A DNA stretch of 64,000 nucleotides, taken from IMG/VR virus record IMGVR_UViG_3300020424_000002, positions 1 through 64,000 of that record; one strand, 5' to 3'. The stretch's first letter is position 1, and the number at the start of each line of letters is the position of its first letter. The DNA comes from a virus. The notes beneath the pieces were generated by a model. It searched no databases, had not been told where the DNA came from, and worked only from the letters and a program-made list of their open reading frames with translations. A program made the translations under genes and the position numbers. This document shows, piece by piece, positions 29,538 through 39,821 of the stretch.

Positions 29538-30971
29538 CTACATTTCAATTATTAGTTTAATATCCTCAATCTGGTCAGCTGCCCTTGCAACTGCACCTCT
29601 GTTTTCTAAATAGACGATATCACCAGAGTTTCTTTGTACCTCTGGATATGAACCACTTACACCACCACTTGAGATTGTTCCTTTTGATGTCGAACCTACA
29701 AATATTGTATTAGTTGCACTAAAACTATTAAAGTTTCCTACTGAATCTTCAGCTGGTAAGTAGTATATAAATCTATTTGTTGAATCTACAGAAACGACTT
29801 TTCCTACAGCAGTTCCAGATACAATTGAAGCTGCATTTGCAATAGTGTCATCAACTACTGGCATTGTTGCACCAGAGTCTAATGTAATTCTATTTAATGC
29901 ACTCAATGTAGTTGCACTTGATAAAGTGTTACCACCAGCATCTGTTGGATTTACTATCAATCCTATTTGTCTAAAATCGTTATCTGTTGGGAAATCACCA
30001 GAACCTTCTGCATACTCTAATCTTGAGTTTGCAATAACATAGTTTCCACCTAATTCTTCTACTGGGTCTGAACCATGTCCATTCTTAGGACTGATAATAA
30101 TATCAAAAGCTGCACCTGTTCCTGTAGAACTTGTTGCAGTTTGAAGTAAACCATTGTCTATACTTGCAACTGAGTAACCAGAACCTACTGCATTTATTGC
30201 TACTGCTGTAATTGCACCAGAAGATACTGTTACTGTGAGTTGTCCACTTGCACCATCTCCACTGATTGCAACATTATAGTTTCCATCTGAACCATAAGAA
30301 GAACCACCTGCTGTGACTCTTGCATGTTCGATAGTACCATCTACTGCACCATTTTCTACATCCCATTGTGCAGAGTTGTCGTCATCAGCTGCAGTTCCTA
30401 GTCCACCTACATCACCTTCAACAGCTGCTTTTGCACCAATAGTTTTTACTGGTATAAAATCAGATGTTACAAATTTAATAACATCTGATGCAGAGATAGA
30501 ATACATGTATTTCCATTTGTATCCATCTGCTGTTGTTAAGATTGATGTTGAAGTACCTGTGGGCATTACTGTTGATTGAGCACCACCATTGTTTGAGATT
30601 ACTTTATATACATTGTAATCACTGGTAACAACATAAAATGTTGATGCCCATAAGGTTGATGCACCACTACTTGCAGTGTTGCTTGAAGTATAATTATGAC
30701 GATATTCGTCATATACTGTATTTCCTGTCCAGTCTCTTCGGATAATGGCATGACTTACATCTGTAGATGAAACTTTCTTCAAAGCAACCATATTTGCATA
30801 TGCATCATACTCATCATTTAGAGAGTCTACTGGAGTAGGCGGGTTGTTGTCGTCTGTCCAAGACAATGGTCTTCCAATAAACATATACATTGCATTACCA
30901 GACTCGGTTGCACTTTGTTTAAATTCCTTTGCATTGTGGAGACGAAATTTTTCGGTAATTATCGCTGCCAT
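29538..30971 (-). CDS. gp8: Baseplate wedge gp8
   Basis: MAAIITEKFRLHNA, YMFIGRPLSW, FYVVTSDYNVYK, DGYKWKYMY, GHGSDPVEELGG, NDFRQIGLI, QIEDIKLIIEM. Confidence 0.93.
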   Translation of the reverse strand: MAAIITEKFRLHNAKEFKQSATESGNAMYMFIGRPLSWTDDNNPPTPVDSLNDEYDAYANMVALKKVSSTDVSHAIIRRDWTGNTVYDEYRHNYTSSNTASSGASTLWASTFYVVTSDYNVYKVISNNGGAQSTVMPTGTSTSILTTADGYKWKYMYSISASDVIKFVTSDFIPVKTIGAKAAVEGDVGGLGTAADDDNSAQWDVENGAVDGTIEHARVTAGGSSYGSDGNYNVAISGDGASGQLTVTVSSGAITAVAINAVGSGYSVASIDNGLLQTATSSTGTGAAFDIIISPKNGHGSDPVEELGGNYVIANSRLEYAEGSGDFPTDNDFRQIGLIVNPTDAGGNTLSSATTLSALNRITLDSGATMPVVDDTIANAASIVSGTAVGKVVSVDSTNRFIYYLPAEDSVGNFNSFSATNTIFVGSTSKGTISSGGVSGSYPEVQRNSGDIVYLENRGAVARAADQIEDIKLIIEM

Positions 30972-31011
30972 TTTATCCTTTCCTCTAAGTTAAAAAATTA
31001 ATACTAGTAAG

Positions 31012-31029
31012 TATTTATATGTATTTATA
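31012..31029 (-). promoter_or_regulatory. Tandem T4 late promoters (gp8)
   Basis: TATAAATA at 31012-31019 and 31022-31029. Confidence 0.72.
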
Positions 31030-34000
31030 CACCAGATTGTACAGAAGCTGGGTAATTTAATATCATTGTCCTACCTACATGTTCCTGTAAATCAGAAACA
31101 CTTTCTTTTGGATATAAAGTACTTATATCACTAATTTTAACACCCTCATATGGTGCTTCTACAAGTAGTCTACCTGCTTCATTTTCCATGAGTATATTAT
31201 CACCATCTTCCTGTGTTATTCTTTCCTCAAACTTAAGTGTTTGAGAGAAACTTATTTTTGCAAGGTCACCTAGTGTTGGCCCAAGTCTTTCGACTGGTTC
31301 ACCAAATGATATTGCATTTTCTTGGATTATTCTACTACCATCTTCGTATACAAGTGTATCTTGTACTTCTGATTTCATAAAGTATGAACCCAAGTTATAT
31401 GACCTTTCAGTCACAAATCTTTCTCGTTTTTCTAAATCAGTTGCATCTTCTAATGCAAGTCTAGTGCCATCTTCTAATGTTAATTCTTCGGTTGGGTCTA
31501 CTGTCCATCTGTCACCAAAGTATTGTTTTCCATCTGTAGTTAGATATGAATTATATTTTTCTGGTTCTGGTTCTGCCATTAAGAACCCATGGTCTATTTC
31601 TTCAATTAGATATGAACCATCTTCTGTTATGATAAATTCTTCATCTACATTTGCAACTGAGTTAATTCTTTTTGCATCCGATGGAACTTTGTGTCTTTCT
31701 CTACCTGTTGCAAGGTTATTAATTATAGAATCTCTATCTGCACTTTTAATTGTTTCACCCCAGTCTAGTCCACCCACATATGCAATCGTAGTTGCATTTG
31801 CACTACCTCTTAATCCTTGTTGATTTAAATCTTCTTTACTATCTGGTACTATAGTTAGTAATTTACCAGACTTAGTATTTGCACTTGCAAAAGTTTGTAG
31901 TATTGTAATGTTCTTTCTATGTTGTCTTGTTTCACCATCATAAAATTCAGATGTCAAATGTGAAGCTGCATTTGGGTCGACACTTGTTGATGGTCTACTT
32001 GGAACTGATACTGGAGAGTTATGTCCTATGTCAACCTTAACTATTCCTTCATTGACATGATGTTCTTCTACTGTCGTTGCAGTAAAGTGTGTTGTTCCAC
32101 CAGACTCATTTGTAATTGCTTCAGTTGTAAAACTTCCCAAATTTGCACCAAGTGAATCTGAACCTTCCCAAACAATAATAAACTTATTGACTGTATCATG
32201 TTCCATGACACGACCTAACTTACCAGATGATGCACCTTTAACTGTTTGACCTATTGTAATTGCATTGTTTAATGTGGTATAATAAATTCTAGTATGTGCA
32301 TAGTGTGGTAGTATTTCTAATTCTTTTATAACTTGATGACCATGTGCAGTTACATTTGCACGAATAATTCTGTCATATAATCCTACATCGGATTCTATAA
32401 TATCTTCTCCAACAATAAATGCTTGTCCAGAACCTTGGTCTGTTTTAACACTTGCATCTGTAACTGAATTAACAATTGCTTTTGAACCAGATGATGCACC
32501 AACAATACCATGTACAAACTCTATGTCTGTATCTGACTGGTCTGTTTTCCATTCACCACTTGTTTCCATAAACAAACTAAAGACACCAGGCCTACCATCT
32601 TCTGATTGAAGTTGTTTCATTGCAGTATGGTCTGGTCTGATTTGGTCAATAATTAATGTGGTAGAATTACTTGAAACAACTCTACCTGTAATAGTTGCAA
32701 TGTCTCCACTTGCAGTTTTAAATAAATTTTGTGATACTGTTTCTCCAACTGTAAATGTTGTTGAACCAGCTGGTGACATTCCTGTTGTGCTAACTGCTAA
32801 TGATAATCTGTCGTCTGCAAGGAATCTCTCTGTTACTGCAACACCATCACCATTTTCTAATATTATATTTTGTTCTTCTGCATAGAATACATCTTCTTCT
32901 CCAGATGCAACTGTACCTTCTTCTAAAATAATTTTTGCTGGGTCAATTTTAGAACCAATATAAAGTGTTGGAATAAATGACCTTGTAACTCTATCACCAT
33001 CAAATCCTTCGGTATTAGAACCAGCACGATATGTTTCTGCACTACCATCTATCTTATTACTGATTGCAACTTCACCAAAGAATATTGTACCAGCTGGATT
33101 TAATAACTGTTGAACCACTGAACGATAGTTGTTAATACTTTGACCAACTTTAATTACATATGAAAAGTCTTGATAGAACTTAGAGTCTTGAATTCTTTGT
33201 GCAGTTACAGATGGAAAACCAACATCACTTGTATAGTTTCCATCTACTTTAGATGTTGAATTATTTTTTGCACTAACTGTTGCTGGATTTCCTTCTAATA
33301 TAGTAAAACTTTTTCCATCGGATACTGTAACATGTTCTCCTATTTTAAAGAATCCTGTAATGTCTTCTAATGAAATAACTCCAGTATCACCATTAAATGA
33401 TTTTATTGTTGCAGTTGCATTACTGATACTACCAGTAACAGTTGTACCAGCAAGTGGGTTTGTACTTATTCTACCTATTACAAAGTGGTGATTAAAATCT
33501 GGAATACCTTGTGATTTATTAAAATGATTTCCAGATTCTATAACTCTTAACTTTCCTATTGAACCGATGTCATTACCATAAGGTAAAAGTCTTGCACCCA
33601 CTCCAGTAGTAAAACTGTTTTGTTTTGATGTTGCAGTAGCACCAGATGATGCACCTGTTAAAGTACTTCCTACTGTAAAAGTAGATGTATCAGTTGTAGT
33701 TTGTAATTTAGCAATAACAAGTTTTTTTGCACCTATATCATGGTCAACTAATTTACCTGTTGTAGTTCCAGATGTAATTGTTTCTCCTATCGTAAAATTA
33801 GGTGTGGTTGTTTCTGAATAAAATACTTCACCACCCACAAATGCTTGTGGAAGTGAGGTATATCCAACACCACTTGTTGTTATTCTGATTCTTGAAATTG
33901 CACCAGTTGGGTTTGCACCAGATTGGTCATAAAGTAATTTGTTTTCTCCTGTTGATTGTAATCCATCTTCCAGAATTAAAGTTGTTTCTTCTGGTTCTGC

Positions 34001-35851
34001 AAATACTTCTATTATTGTTCCAGCCTGACCAACATAATTTGCATGGGAACTGTTTGCATAAGTTCCTGTAAAAACAATAGAGTTTCCATTAAGTCCTACA
34101 TTTGCAGCTCCTCTAACTTCTTCAAATACTGAGAATGATACATTACCACCCTGTGCAGTTATGTTCTGAGATTCATCTGCCCTCTTTACTCTAACTACAA
34201 CTTTCTCTGGGTCATATACTAAAAGATTATCGTGTTTATCTTTTCCACTAAATGTAGTTTGTCCAGAAGACGCAGTAAATTCAAATGAACCAAATGTTGT
34301 TCCAGACTCTAAAAGTATGTCTCCAGAAATAGATGTAACTACACCCTGTGCAAGTGTTCCACCACTTCCTGTGTTATCAAAAACTACAAGGTCTCCATCA
34401 CTATATCCTGTTCCTCTTACATCTGGGTCTACTATAACTTTTTCTATTTTTCCATCTTCAACATTACCTATTAATGTTTTTGCAGATTGACCCACACCTA
34501 ATTCTGATTGTGGTAAATTAACTACAACATTTTCTGATTGTGAATACAATGCACCAGTAGATACTTCTTCTGATTTCATTGCACCACCAACTGCAGCTTC
34601 TGTTTGTGGTGTGTTAACTGTTTCTCTAACCATGATAGGTGTTTTACCATGGAGTTCGTTTGCAGTATTATCTGTTGATGTACCTTCTTCTAAAAGAATA
34701 AGATTGTTTGTTCCAACAACTAAGTTATCTGTTGCAGTTTCTAATTGGAATCCTTCGGTATCATCTGACTCTGCTGAGAAAAATCCTGTGTCTGTTCCAG
34801 ACTCAAGTCTGATAAGAACACTACTGTCTGTTGTGTCCATATCACTTATAATACCTCTAACAGTTGCAAGATGATACTTCCTTGAATTTTCTCTTGATTG
34901 TAATTCTACTGTGTCACCTATTGATAAACTTCCAATGTATGGCTCCATGATTACCACTTGGTAAACATTATCTCCTTCCCCACTCGTTGTTCTTGTAATT
35001 GTGTCTGCTTGAATATCGGTGACTACCTGTTGTTCGATATTTCTTTTTATTATTTTTCCTTTTGCATATTCAAGTAGATTTTCTTCTGAATGTAAATTTA
35101 ATACTGTTGATTCTGTCCATTTAGAATCAGATGGTTTTATCATGTTATCTCTAGGATAACTAACTTCTATGTCTTCGTTATATAATACTCTGAATAAGAA
35201 ATCATATGATGCCATACTACCTTTTGAAAGATAGATATTATTGATGTGTTTTGCAAGTAATCTTTTATCTGCAATTATTTTTGAATCAATTGTAGGCATG
35301 AAGTCTCTTCGGAAATATTCCAAAAAGTCTCCTGTAGTTTTATCTACATCTGCATAATCTAATAAATTATTTGCAGCGAATAATGCACCACCTTCAAAAG
35401 AGTTAACTTTTGCAGTGTACCCACTATTCTGACCAACAATTGTTTCTTCTGGTAAAAATTGTGCTTCGGTAAATACCTCGATATAAAGTTTGTTATCTAC
35501 AGTTGCAAGAACATCAATTCTTGCAGTTGCACCAGATGTAGAACCAACGACATATTCACCTATTTCCCAAAACCCTGTTTGTGTTTGACCTACAGTATTT
35601 TGTTCGAATAATATTTTTGCTTTGTCTATAGGTGATGGAGAAAAGGTTTTAGTCTCTTGTATGAGTGCCCCTTCTCCATCTTCTAATCCTATTGTCTCAA
35701 GGTCTGTGCCTTGTTCAAAGATAAGAATACCTTTCTCTAAGAAATCAAAGTAAGCAGTTAAAAACTTCTTAAATCCTTGACCTTCCTCATTCATGTACTC
35801 TGGTAAGAGTTCATGTAATTGGTCGGTTATTCTATCGTTGAGAATTGGCAT
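31025..35851 (-). CDS. gp7: Baseplate wedge initiator gp7-like
   Basis: F.KFL.AYFDFLE, Y.SKGS..SY.FLFR.LY, IQDSKFYQDFSYVIKVG, NPAGT.FFGEV; lies between gp6 and gp8. Confidence 0.85.
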   Translation of the reverse strand: MPILNDRITDQLHELLPEYMNEEGQGFKKFLTAYFDFLEKGILIFEQGTDLETIGLEDGEGALIQETKTFSPSPIDKAKILFEQNTVGQTQTGFWEIGEYVVGSTSGATARIDVLATVDNKLYIEVFTEAQFLPEETIVGQNSGYTAKVNSFEGGALFAANNLLDYADVDKTTGDFLEYFRRDFMPTIDSKIIADKRLLAKHINNIYLSKGSMASYDFLFRVLYNEDIEVSYPRDNMIKPSDSKWTESTVLNLHSEENLLEYAKGKIIKRNIEQQVVTDIQADTITRTTSGEGDNVYQVVIMEPYIGSLSIGDTVELQSRENSRKYHLATVRGIISDMDTTDSSVLIRLESGTDTGFFSAESDDTEGFQLETATDNLVVGTNNLILLEEGTSTDNTANELHGKTPIMVRETVNTPQTEAAVGGAMKSEEVSTGALYSQSENVVVNLPQSELGVGQSAKTLIGNVEDGKIEKVIVDPDVRGTGYSDGDLVVFDNTGSGGTLAQGVVTSISGDILLESGTTFGSFEFTASSGQTTFSGKDKHDNLLVYDPEKVVVRVKRADESQNITAQGGNVSFSVFEEVRGAANVGLNGNSIVFTGTYANSSHANYVGQAGTIIEVFAEPEETTLILEDGLQSTGENKLLYDQSGANPTGAISRIRITTSGVGYTSLPQAFVGGEVFYSETTTPNFTIGETITSGTTTGKLVDHDIGAKKLVIAKLQTTTDTSTFTVGSTLTGASSGATATSKQNSFTTGVGARLLPYGNDIGSIGKLRVIESGNHFNKSQGIPDFNHHFVIGRISTNPLAGTTVTGSISNATATIKSFNGDTGVISLEDITGFFKIGEHVTVSDGKSFTILEGNPATVSAKNNSTSKVDGNYTSDVGFPSVTAQRIQDSKFYQDFSYVIKVGQSINNYRSVVQQLLNPAGTIFFGEVAISNKIDGSAETYRAGSNTEGFDGDRVTRSFIPTLYIGSKIDPAKIILEEGTVASGEEDVFYAEEQNIILENGDGVAVTERFLADDRLSLAVSTTGMSPAGSTTFTVGETVSQNLFKTASGDIATITGRVVSSNSTTLIIDQIRPDHTAMKQLQSEDGRPGVFSLFMETSGEWKTDQSDTDIEFVHGIVGASSGSKAIVNSVTDASVKTDQGSGQAFIVGEDIIESDVGLYDRIIRANVTAHGHQVIKELEILPHYAHTRIYYTTLNNAITIGQTVKGASSGKLGRVMEHDTVNKFIIVWEGSDSLGANLGSFTTEAITNESGGTTHFTATTVEEHHVNEGIVKVDIGHNSPVSVPSRPSTSVDPNAASHLTSEFYDGETRQHRKNITILQTFASANTKSGKLLTIVPDSKEDLNQQGLRGSANATTIAYVGGLDWGETIKSADRDSIINNLATGRERHKVPSDAKRINSVANVDEEFIITEDGSYLIEEIDHGFLMAEPEPEKYNSYLTTDGKQYFGDRWTVDPTEELTLEDGTRLALEDATDLEKRERFVTERSYNLGSYFMKSEVQDTLVYEDGSRIIQENAISFGEPVERLGPTLGDLAKISFSQTLKFEERITQEDGDNILMENEAGRLLVEAPYEGVKISDISTLYPKESVSDLQEHVGRTMILNYPASVQSGV

Positions 35852-35863
35852 TATTAATTATCC

Positions 35864-36334
35864 TTAAGCAACAGTGTAAGAATTTCCACCTATAACAACC
35901 CAACCATATGTTGAACCTGTGTACAACATTTGGACTGAATCACCAGCACTATCAAGTTCTACATATGAACCACCAGTAAAAGTACCAGATGGACTTATAC
36001 GAACATTTTTACCGCCATCACTTACTAGAACAAAATATTTAATTTGTCCTGTAGAACCAGTTCCTACTGTTAAAGTGTCATGACTACCACTACCACTTGT
36101 TGTGATGTAGTGTGCCCATTTACCAGCTGTTGCAGTTGCTTGGTTCGAACTGAACGATACAGCTTCTGCTGATTGAGCAAATCCCAGATAATCTGGAAGG
36201 TTGTTTAAAACATTACTGACTGAAACCTTTTTATTTACTGGAGTTCCAGATGGGTCGTCAATAACATGAAGCAAGTCTTCACCTGCTATACCAGTCCCTA
36301 AATCTGATAGGGCCGTTACTTTTTTATCTGCCAT
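35864..36334 (-). CDS. Virion structural protein
   Basis: [12 protein letters not shown]....[22 protein letters not shown]-terminus; RBS GAGGA. Confidence 0.75.
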   Translation of the reverse strand: MADKKVTALSDLGTGIAGEDLLHVIDDPSGTPVNKKVSVSNVLNNLPDYLGFAQSAEAVSFSSNQATATAGKWAHYITTSGSGSHDTLTVGTGSTGQIKYFVLVSDGGKNVRISPSGTFTGGSYVELDSAGDSVQMLYTGSTYGWVVIGGNSYTVA

Positions 36335-36415
36335 TTTAGTTTCCTCTCTAATTAAGCATTGTTAAAACCCACACCATGTGGGAATTCTACTTCATGCATA
36401 CACATGAATCATAGT

Positions 36416-38287
36416 TTAGGAGTAACTAGACGAGGATGTATATCCCACCCCAGCACTCGTATCACCAGATGCAATGGTGTCTGTTGCACCAGTCACATCA
36501 ATCAATGACGAGTTTATATCTAGAAGATTACTTCTAAATGCAACACTGTCATTTGAATTCGGTTTCACTGTAAAGTGAATTGTATCATCGGTATTAACTG
36601 TTGAAAGTATATTAATACCTGTTGTTGTAATTTTTCCATTTGAATAGTCTACTGTTCCTGCTTGATTATCTGCGTAGACTCTTGTTGAACCAGTAATTGA
36701 ATATCGTCTTAAATTACCATCACCATCATCATCAAAGTAAAATGTATCTGTAAATCCAGATACTAAAAAACCACTGGTTTCTAATATACCACCACCAGCT
36801 TTGTTATGACCACTATGAGGATTGTAAAAGGGATTACCACTACCAAAGTCGATAGTGTATCCTTTACTTTGATTAAAAGTAGGACTAATTGTTTTTCTAA
36901 GTTTGACAGTTGTGATATTCGAAAGAATCGAGGATTCTGCACTGTCTATGTCTTTCGCTAGAACTGAGTGCCTAAAGATACCATCAAACCCACTTAAATA
37001 AGTGCTGTCATGTGTAATAATTGCAGCTCTTACAAGTGTTTCCAGTTCAGATACAGTCTTTGTTGTTGCTTTAGGATTGTACTTAAAGTTAGTATTCACT
37101 AGAATGTCTATGACATCTGCATCAATCAATTCTGGTCTGACTGTTAACATATTTAGTGTTTTTAGTTTTTGCTTTAATATAGTTTTCTCAGAACTAGTTA
37201 ATTTGTTAACTGTCTGTGAAGGTTTAATTGCAATGAATATTTTTCCATATTGTGGTGGGTCATTATCTTCTCCACCCCAAACTGAAATTGAATCTGCGCC
37301 TGGGTATAGAGTTTGCAGTTTAGACTTATAATCGTCTACTGTGACTAATCTATTTTGTGAAGTATAAAATTTAGAAGCTGCAAACTTAATTGAATCAATA
37401 GATTCTTTATCTTTACCACCACTTGAATTTGTTTTAGTTATTAAAGTTACATCTGTGTTACCACCAACTGAATCTGTCATAGTAAATGAAGATGAACCAT
37501 CGGTATGATTTTCATTTGTTACTAGATATGAAATTGTAATTGTATCTCCATCTAAAGGTTCTGCACTAACAACACCATCACCAAAATATACTTCAAATAA
37601 TCCTTGGTCATTTTCTTGCACATACCATACTGTGCTATTTGAGTTTACAGAACTTATATCAGTTGATTGTGACCATGCAGAAGATGAACCACCTGTTGAT
37701 TGCACTGTAACTGTAATACTAGATGTATCTACGAGTTCTTCTGTAAGTGGAAATCTTTGATTTTGTATTTGACCATTGTATGCAAAGATATCAGAGTTCA
37801 TAGTTCCTTGATATATTTCAAGATTCTCAAATTTAAATACACCATTCAGAGGTGTAATTGTTTGTGATTCTAATAATACATATGGATAATTAAATCCATC
37901 ATAAACTGTTTTAAATTTATGTCCTCTATTAAGAGTTAATGATGTAGGAGTCTCACCACCAATCAAAGGATTGTTAACTTGTAAATCTATGGTTGCTGAT
38001 GAGGCAGTTGCACTTGTTGGTGTGTATCCTATTTCTTTTGCACGAGATACTACATTCTTTCTTATTTGTGCAGTATCTAAAAATAATTCAGATGCAACCA
38101 TGTTTGCATTGAACGCTGAGACATGTGAACTATATGCAAGAAGGTCTATAAGTAAACTAATATTACTTCCTTCAAAATCATAGTCTTTAAGAGTCGATTG
38201 ACCCTTTAAATAGTTTTTTAAATTTTTCGAAATATCATCGAAATCTAAATCGGTGATATTGACTTGTGAACTTTTTACTGTTGCCAT
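36416..38287 (-). CDS. gp6: Baseplate wedge gp6
   Basis: TDLDFDDI..NLK.YLK.Q..LKDYDFEGS, FLDTAQIRKNVVSRAKEIGY.P, YFGDG, QNRLVTVDDY, WGGEDNDPPQYGK. Confidence 0.96.
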   Translation of the reverse strand: MATVKSSQVNITDLDFDDISKNLKNYLKGQSTLKDYDFEGSNISLLIDLLAYSSHVSAFNANMVASELFLDTAQIRKNVVSRAKEIGYTPTSATASSATIDLQVNNPLIGGETPTSLTLNRGHKFKTVYDGFNYPYVLLESQTITPLNGVFKFENLEIYQGTMNSDIFAYNGQIQNQRFPLTEELVDTSSITVTVQSTGGSSSAWSQSTDISSVNSNSTVWYVQENDQGLFEVYFGDGVVSAEPLDGDTITISYLVTNENHTDGSSSFTMTDSVGGNTDVTLITKTNSSGGKDKESIDSIKFAASKFYTSQNRLVTVDDYKSKLQTLYPGADSISVWGGEDNDPPQYGKIFIAIKPSQTVNKLTSSEKTILKQKLKTLNMLTVRPELIDADVIDILVNTNFKYNPKATTKTVSELETLVRAAIITHDSTYLSGFDGIFRHSVLAKDIDSAESSILSNITTVKLRKTISPTFNQSKGYTIDFGSGNPFYNPHSGHNKAGGGILETSGFLVSGFTDTFYFDDDGDGNLRRYSITGSTRVYADNQAGTVDYSNGKITTTGINILSTVNTDDTIHFTVKPNSNDSVAFRSNLLDINSSLIDVTGATDTIASGDTSAGVGYTSSSSYS

Positions 38288-38706
38288 TATCGTACTCTCT
38301 GTAATATTACTTCTACTTCTTGGGGTTCTATCACACCTCTAATTCCATAATGTAAATTTATAAACATATTATTAGACTTATCTTCGTTTAAATATATTTC
38401 GTCTATTTGCACCCTAGGTTCATAAGCTTCTATTGCTTCTGTTATTTGTTTTCTTATTTCAAATTTAGTGATATCATCTGCAAGTTCAAATAAAAGACCT
38501 CTTAAGTTTGCACCAAAGTTTGGTCTAAAAGGTCTTTCATAATTATTAGTTAACATGATATTTCTTAGTGACCTTTTAATTGCATCCTTATCATACTTAA
38601 GAGTTAAGTCTTTAGAAGAAGGATGTGGGGTCAGATTTAAATCAATATCTGTATACCACCTTCTTGCAGTTATCTTGTTTTGATTCTTGAAATAATTATC
38701 ACTCAT
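38287..38706 (-). CDS. gp25: Baseplate wedge gp25
   Basis: YTDIDL...HP, AIKRSLRNI.LT..YERPF.P.FG, YEPRV. Confidence 0.95.
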   Translation of the reverse strand: MSDNYFKNQNKITARRWYTDIDLNLTPHPSSKDLTLKYDKDAIKRSLRNIMLTNNYERPFRPNFGANLRGLLFELADDITKFEIRKQITEAIEAYEPRVQIDEIYLNEDKSNNMFINLHYGIRGVIEPQEVEVILQRVR

Positions 38707-38714
38707 ACTATTAT

Positions 38715-39821
38715 TTATGTCCCTTCTAGTACTAGATTAGAAACAGATATCTCTTTTGGGAAACCAAGGAACTCTAAGAACGAACATAGAGTAAATGGTA
38801 TCGGTATACCAGATGGTATAAGCATCCCAAGATATTTTGAAAGTTTTTCTAGAACTGCTTCAAGTAACATTTGAGGTAGATTTTTTATGAAGTTATCAAT
38901 TCTATCTCTTAACTTATCTATATTCCAGTTTGGAAAATCTACTTTTTTAAACTCACCTATTTCTTCTAAATCAATTAAGTCACCTAATGTCTTTGGTAAA
39001 TCAAGTCCTACTAATTCTGCTGAATCAGCTATTTCTGATACAAGTGGTAAAGGGTATGTAAGTAATTCTGTTTGAAAATCTTTACCTGCTTCTTTAAATT
39101 GTTTTTTTAATCCCATAAGAAATTTATCGGTATCAAAATCTAGTTGACCACCATTTACAACCATGCCTGGCAAACTTAATAATAATGCTAGGTAATCTGG
39201 AAATGGGTCTGGTAATGCTTCAATTGTTTCTATTGCAGCTTCCAGAGCTTCATTTTCTAGTATCTTTGCTAGTGTACCAAAAACATTTCCTTTAAATAAT
39301 TCTTTTACTTTTGCAACAAACTCTTTCCATGCTTTAGTCATCTTAATTGCTGGTGCATCGATACCATCTGTACCATCCCAGTTTTCTAAAACAAAATCTG
39401 GAACAAGTAAATCTATTATATCATCACCAGCTTCTTGAAATTGTGTTAAGAGTTGTCCTTTGTAATCTGGGTCTGTTATTAATAGTCTAACATCAACTGA
39501 TATACCTGTAATTGGTTCTACTACAACCATAGGAACTTTTATTATTTTACTGAATACTTCTGCAAGTTTTACCAGTGGATATAATTTAAATTCTTCAATG
39601 ATTGCTTGGATTTTATTTTCCCATTCTAATTCTGGTATATCTAAAGTAATACCATCCCAAGAATGAGATAAAGGAAATGCACCTAATAATTCTTCAAGAG
39701 GTTTAATATATTCCCAACCATATTGATTCCCAATAAAAATTATTATTTTTTCTAATTCATCAGCAGTTGGTACAACAACCTTTGGACATGGGACTTTAAC
39801 TGGTGCAGTAGAAGTTGTCAT
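38715..39821 (-). CDS. Hypothetical baseplate-region protein (acidic, helical)
   Basis: 368-aa ORF coupled to gp5 (TAATG overlap), between gp5 and gp25. Confidence 0.7.
   Translation of the reverse strand: MTTSTAPVKVPCPKVVVPTADELEKIIIFIGNQYGWEYIKPLEELLGAFPLSHSWDGITLDIPELEWENKIQAIIEEFKLYPLVKLAEVFSKIIKVPMVVVEPITGISVDVRLLITDPDYKGQLLTQFQEAGDDIIDLLVPDFVLENWDGTDGIDAPAIKMTKAWKEFVAKVKELFKGNVFGTLAKILENEALEAAIETIEALPDPFPDYLALLLSLPGMVVNGGQLDFDTDKFLMGLKKQFKEAGKDFQTELLTYPLPLVSEIADSAELVGLDLPKTLGDLIDLEEIGEFKKVDFPNWNIDKLRDRIDNFIKNLPQMLLEAVLEKLSKYLGMLIPSGIPIPFTLCSFLEFLGFPKEISVSNLVLEGT

Noticed and set aside
36365-36410. Two short hairpins (cccaca/tgtggg, ttcatg/catgaa) after gp6
   Set aside because: Short stems consistent with an ordinary terminator or processing site; not enough support for more.
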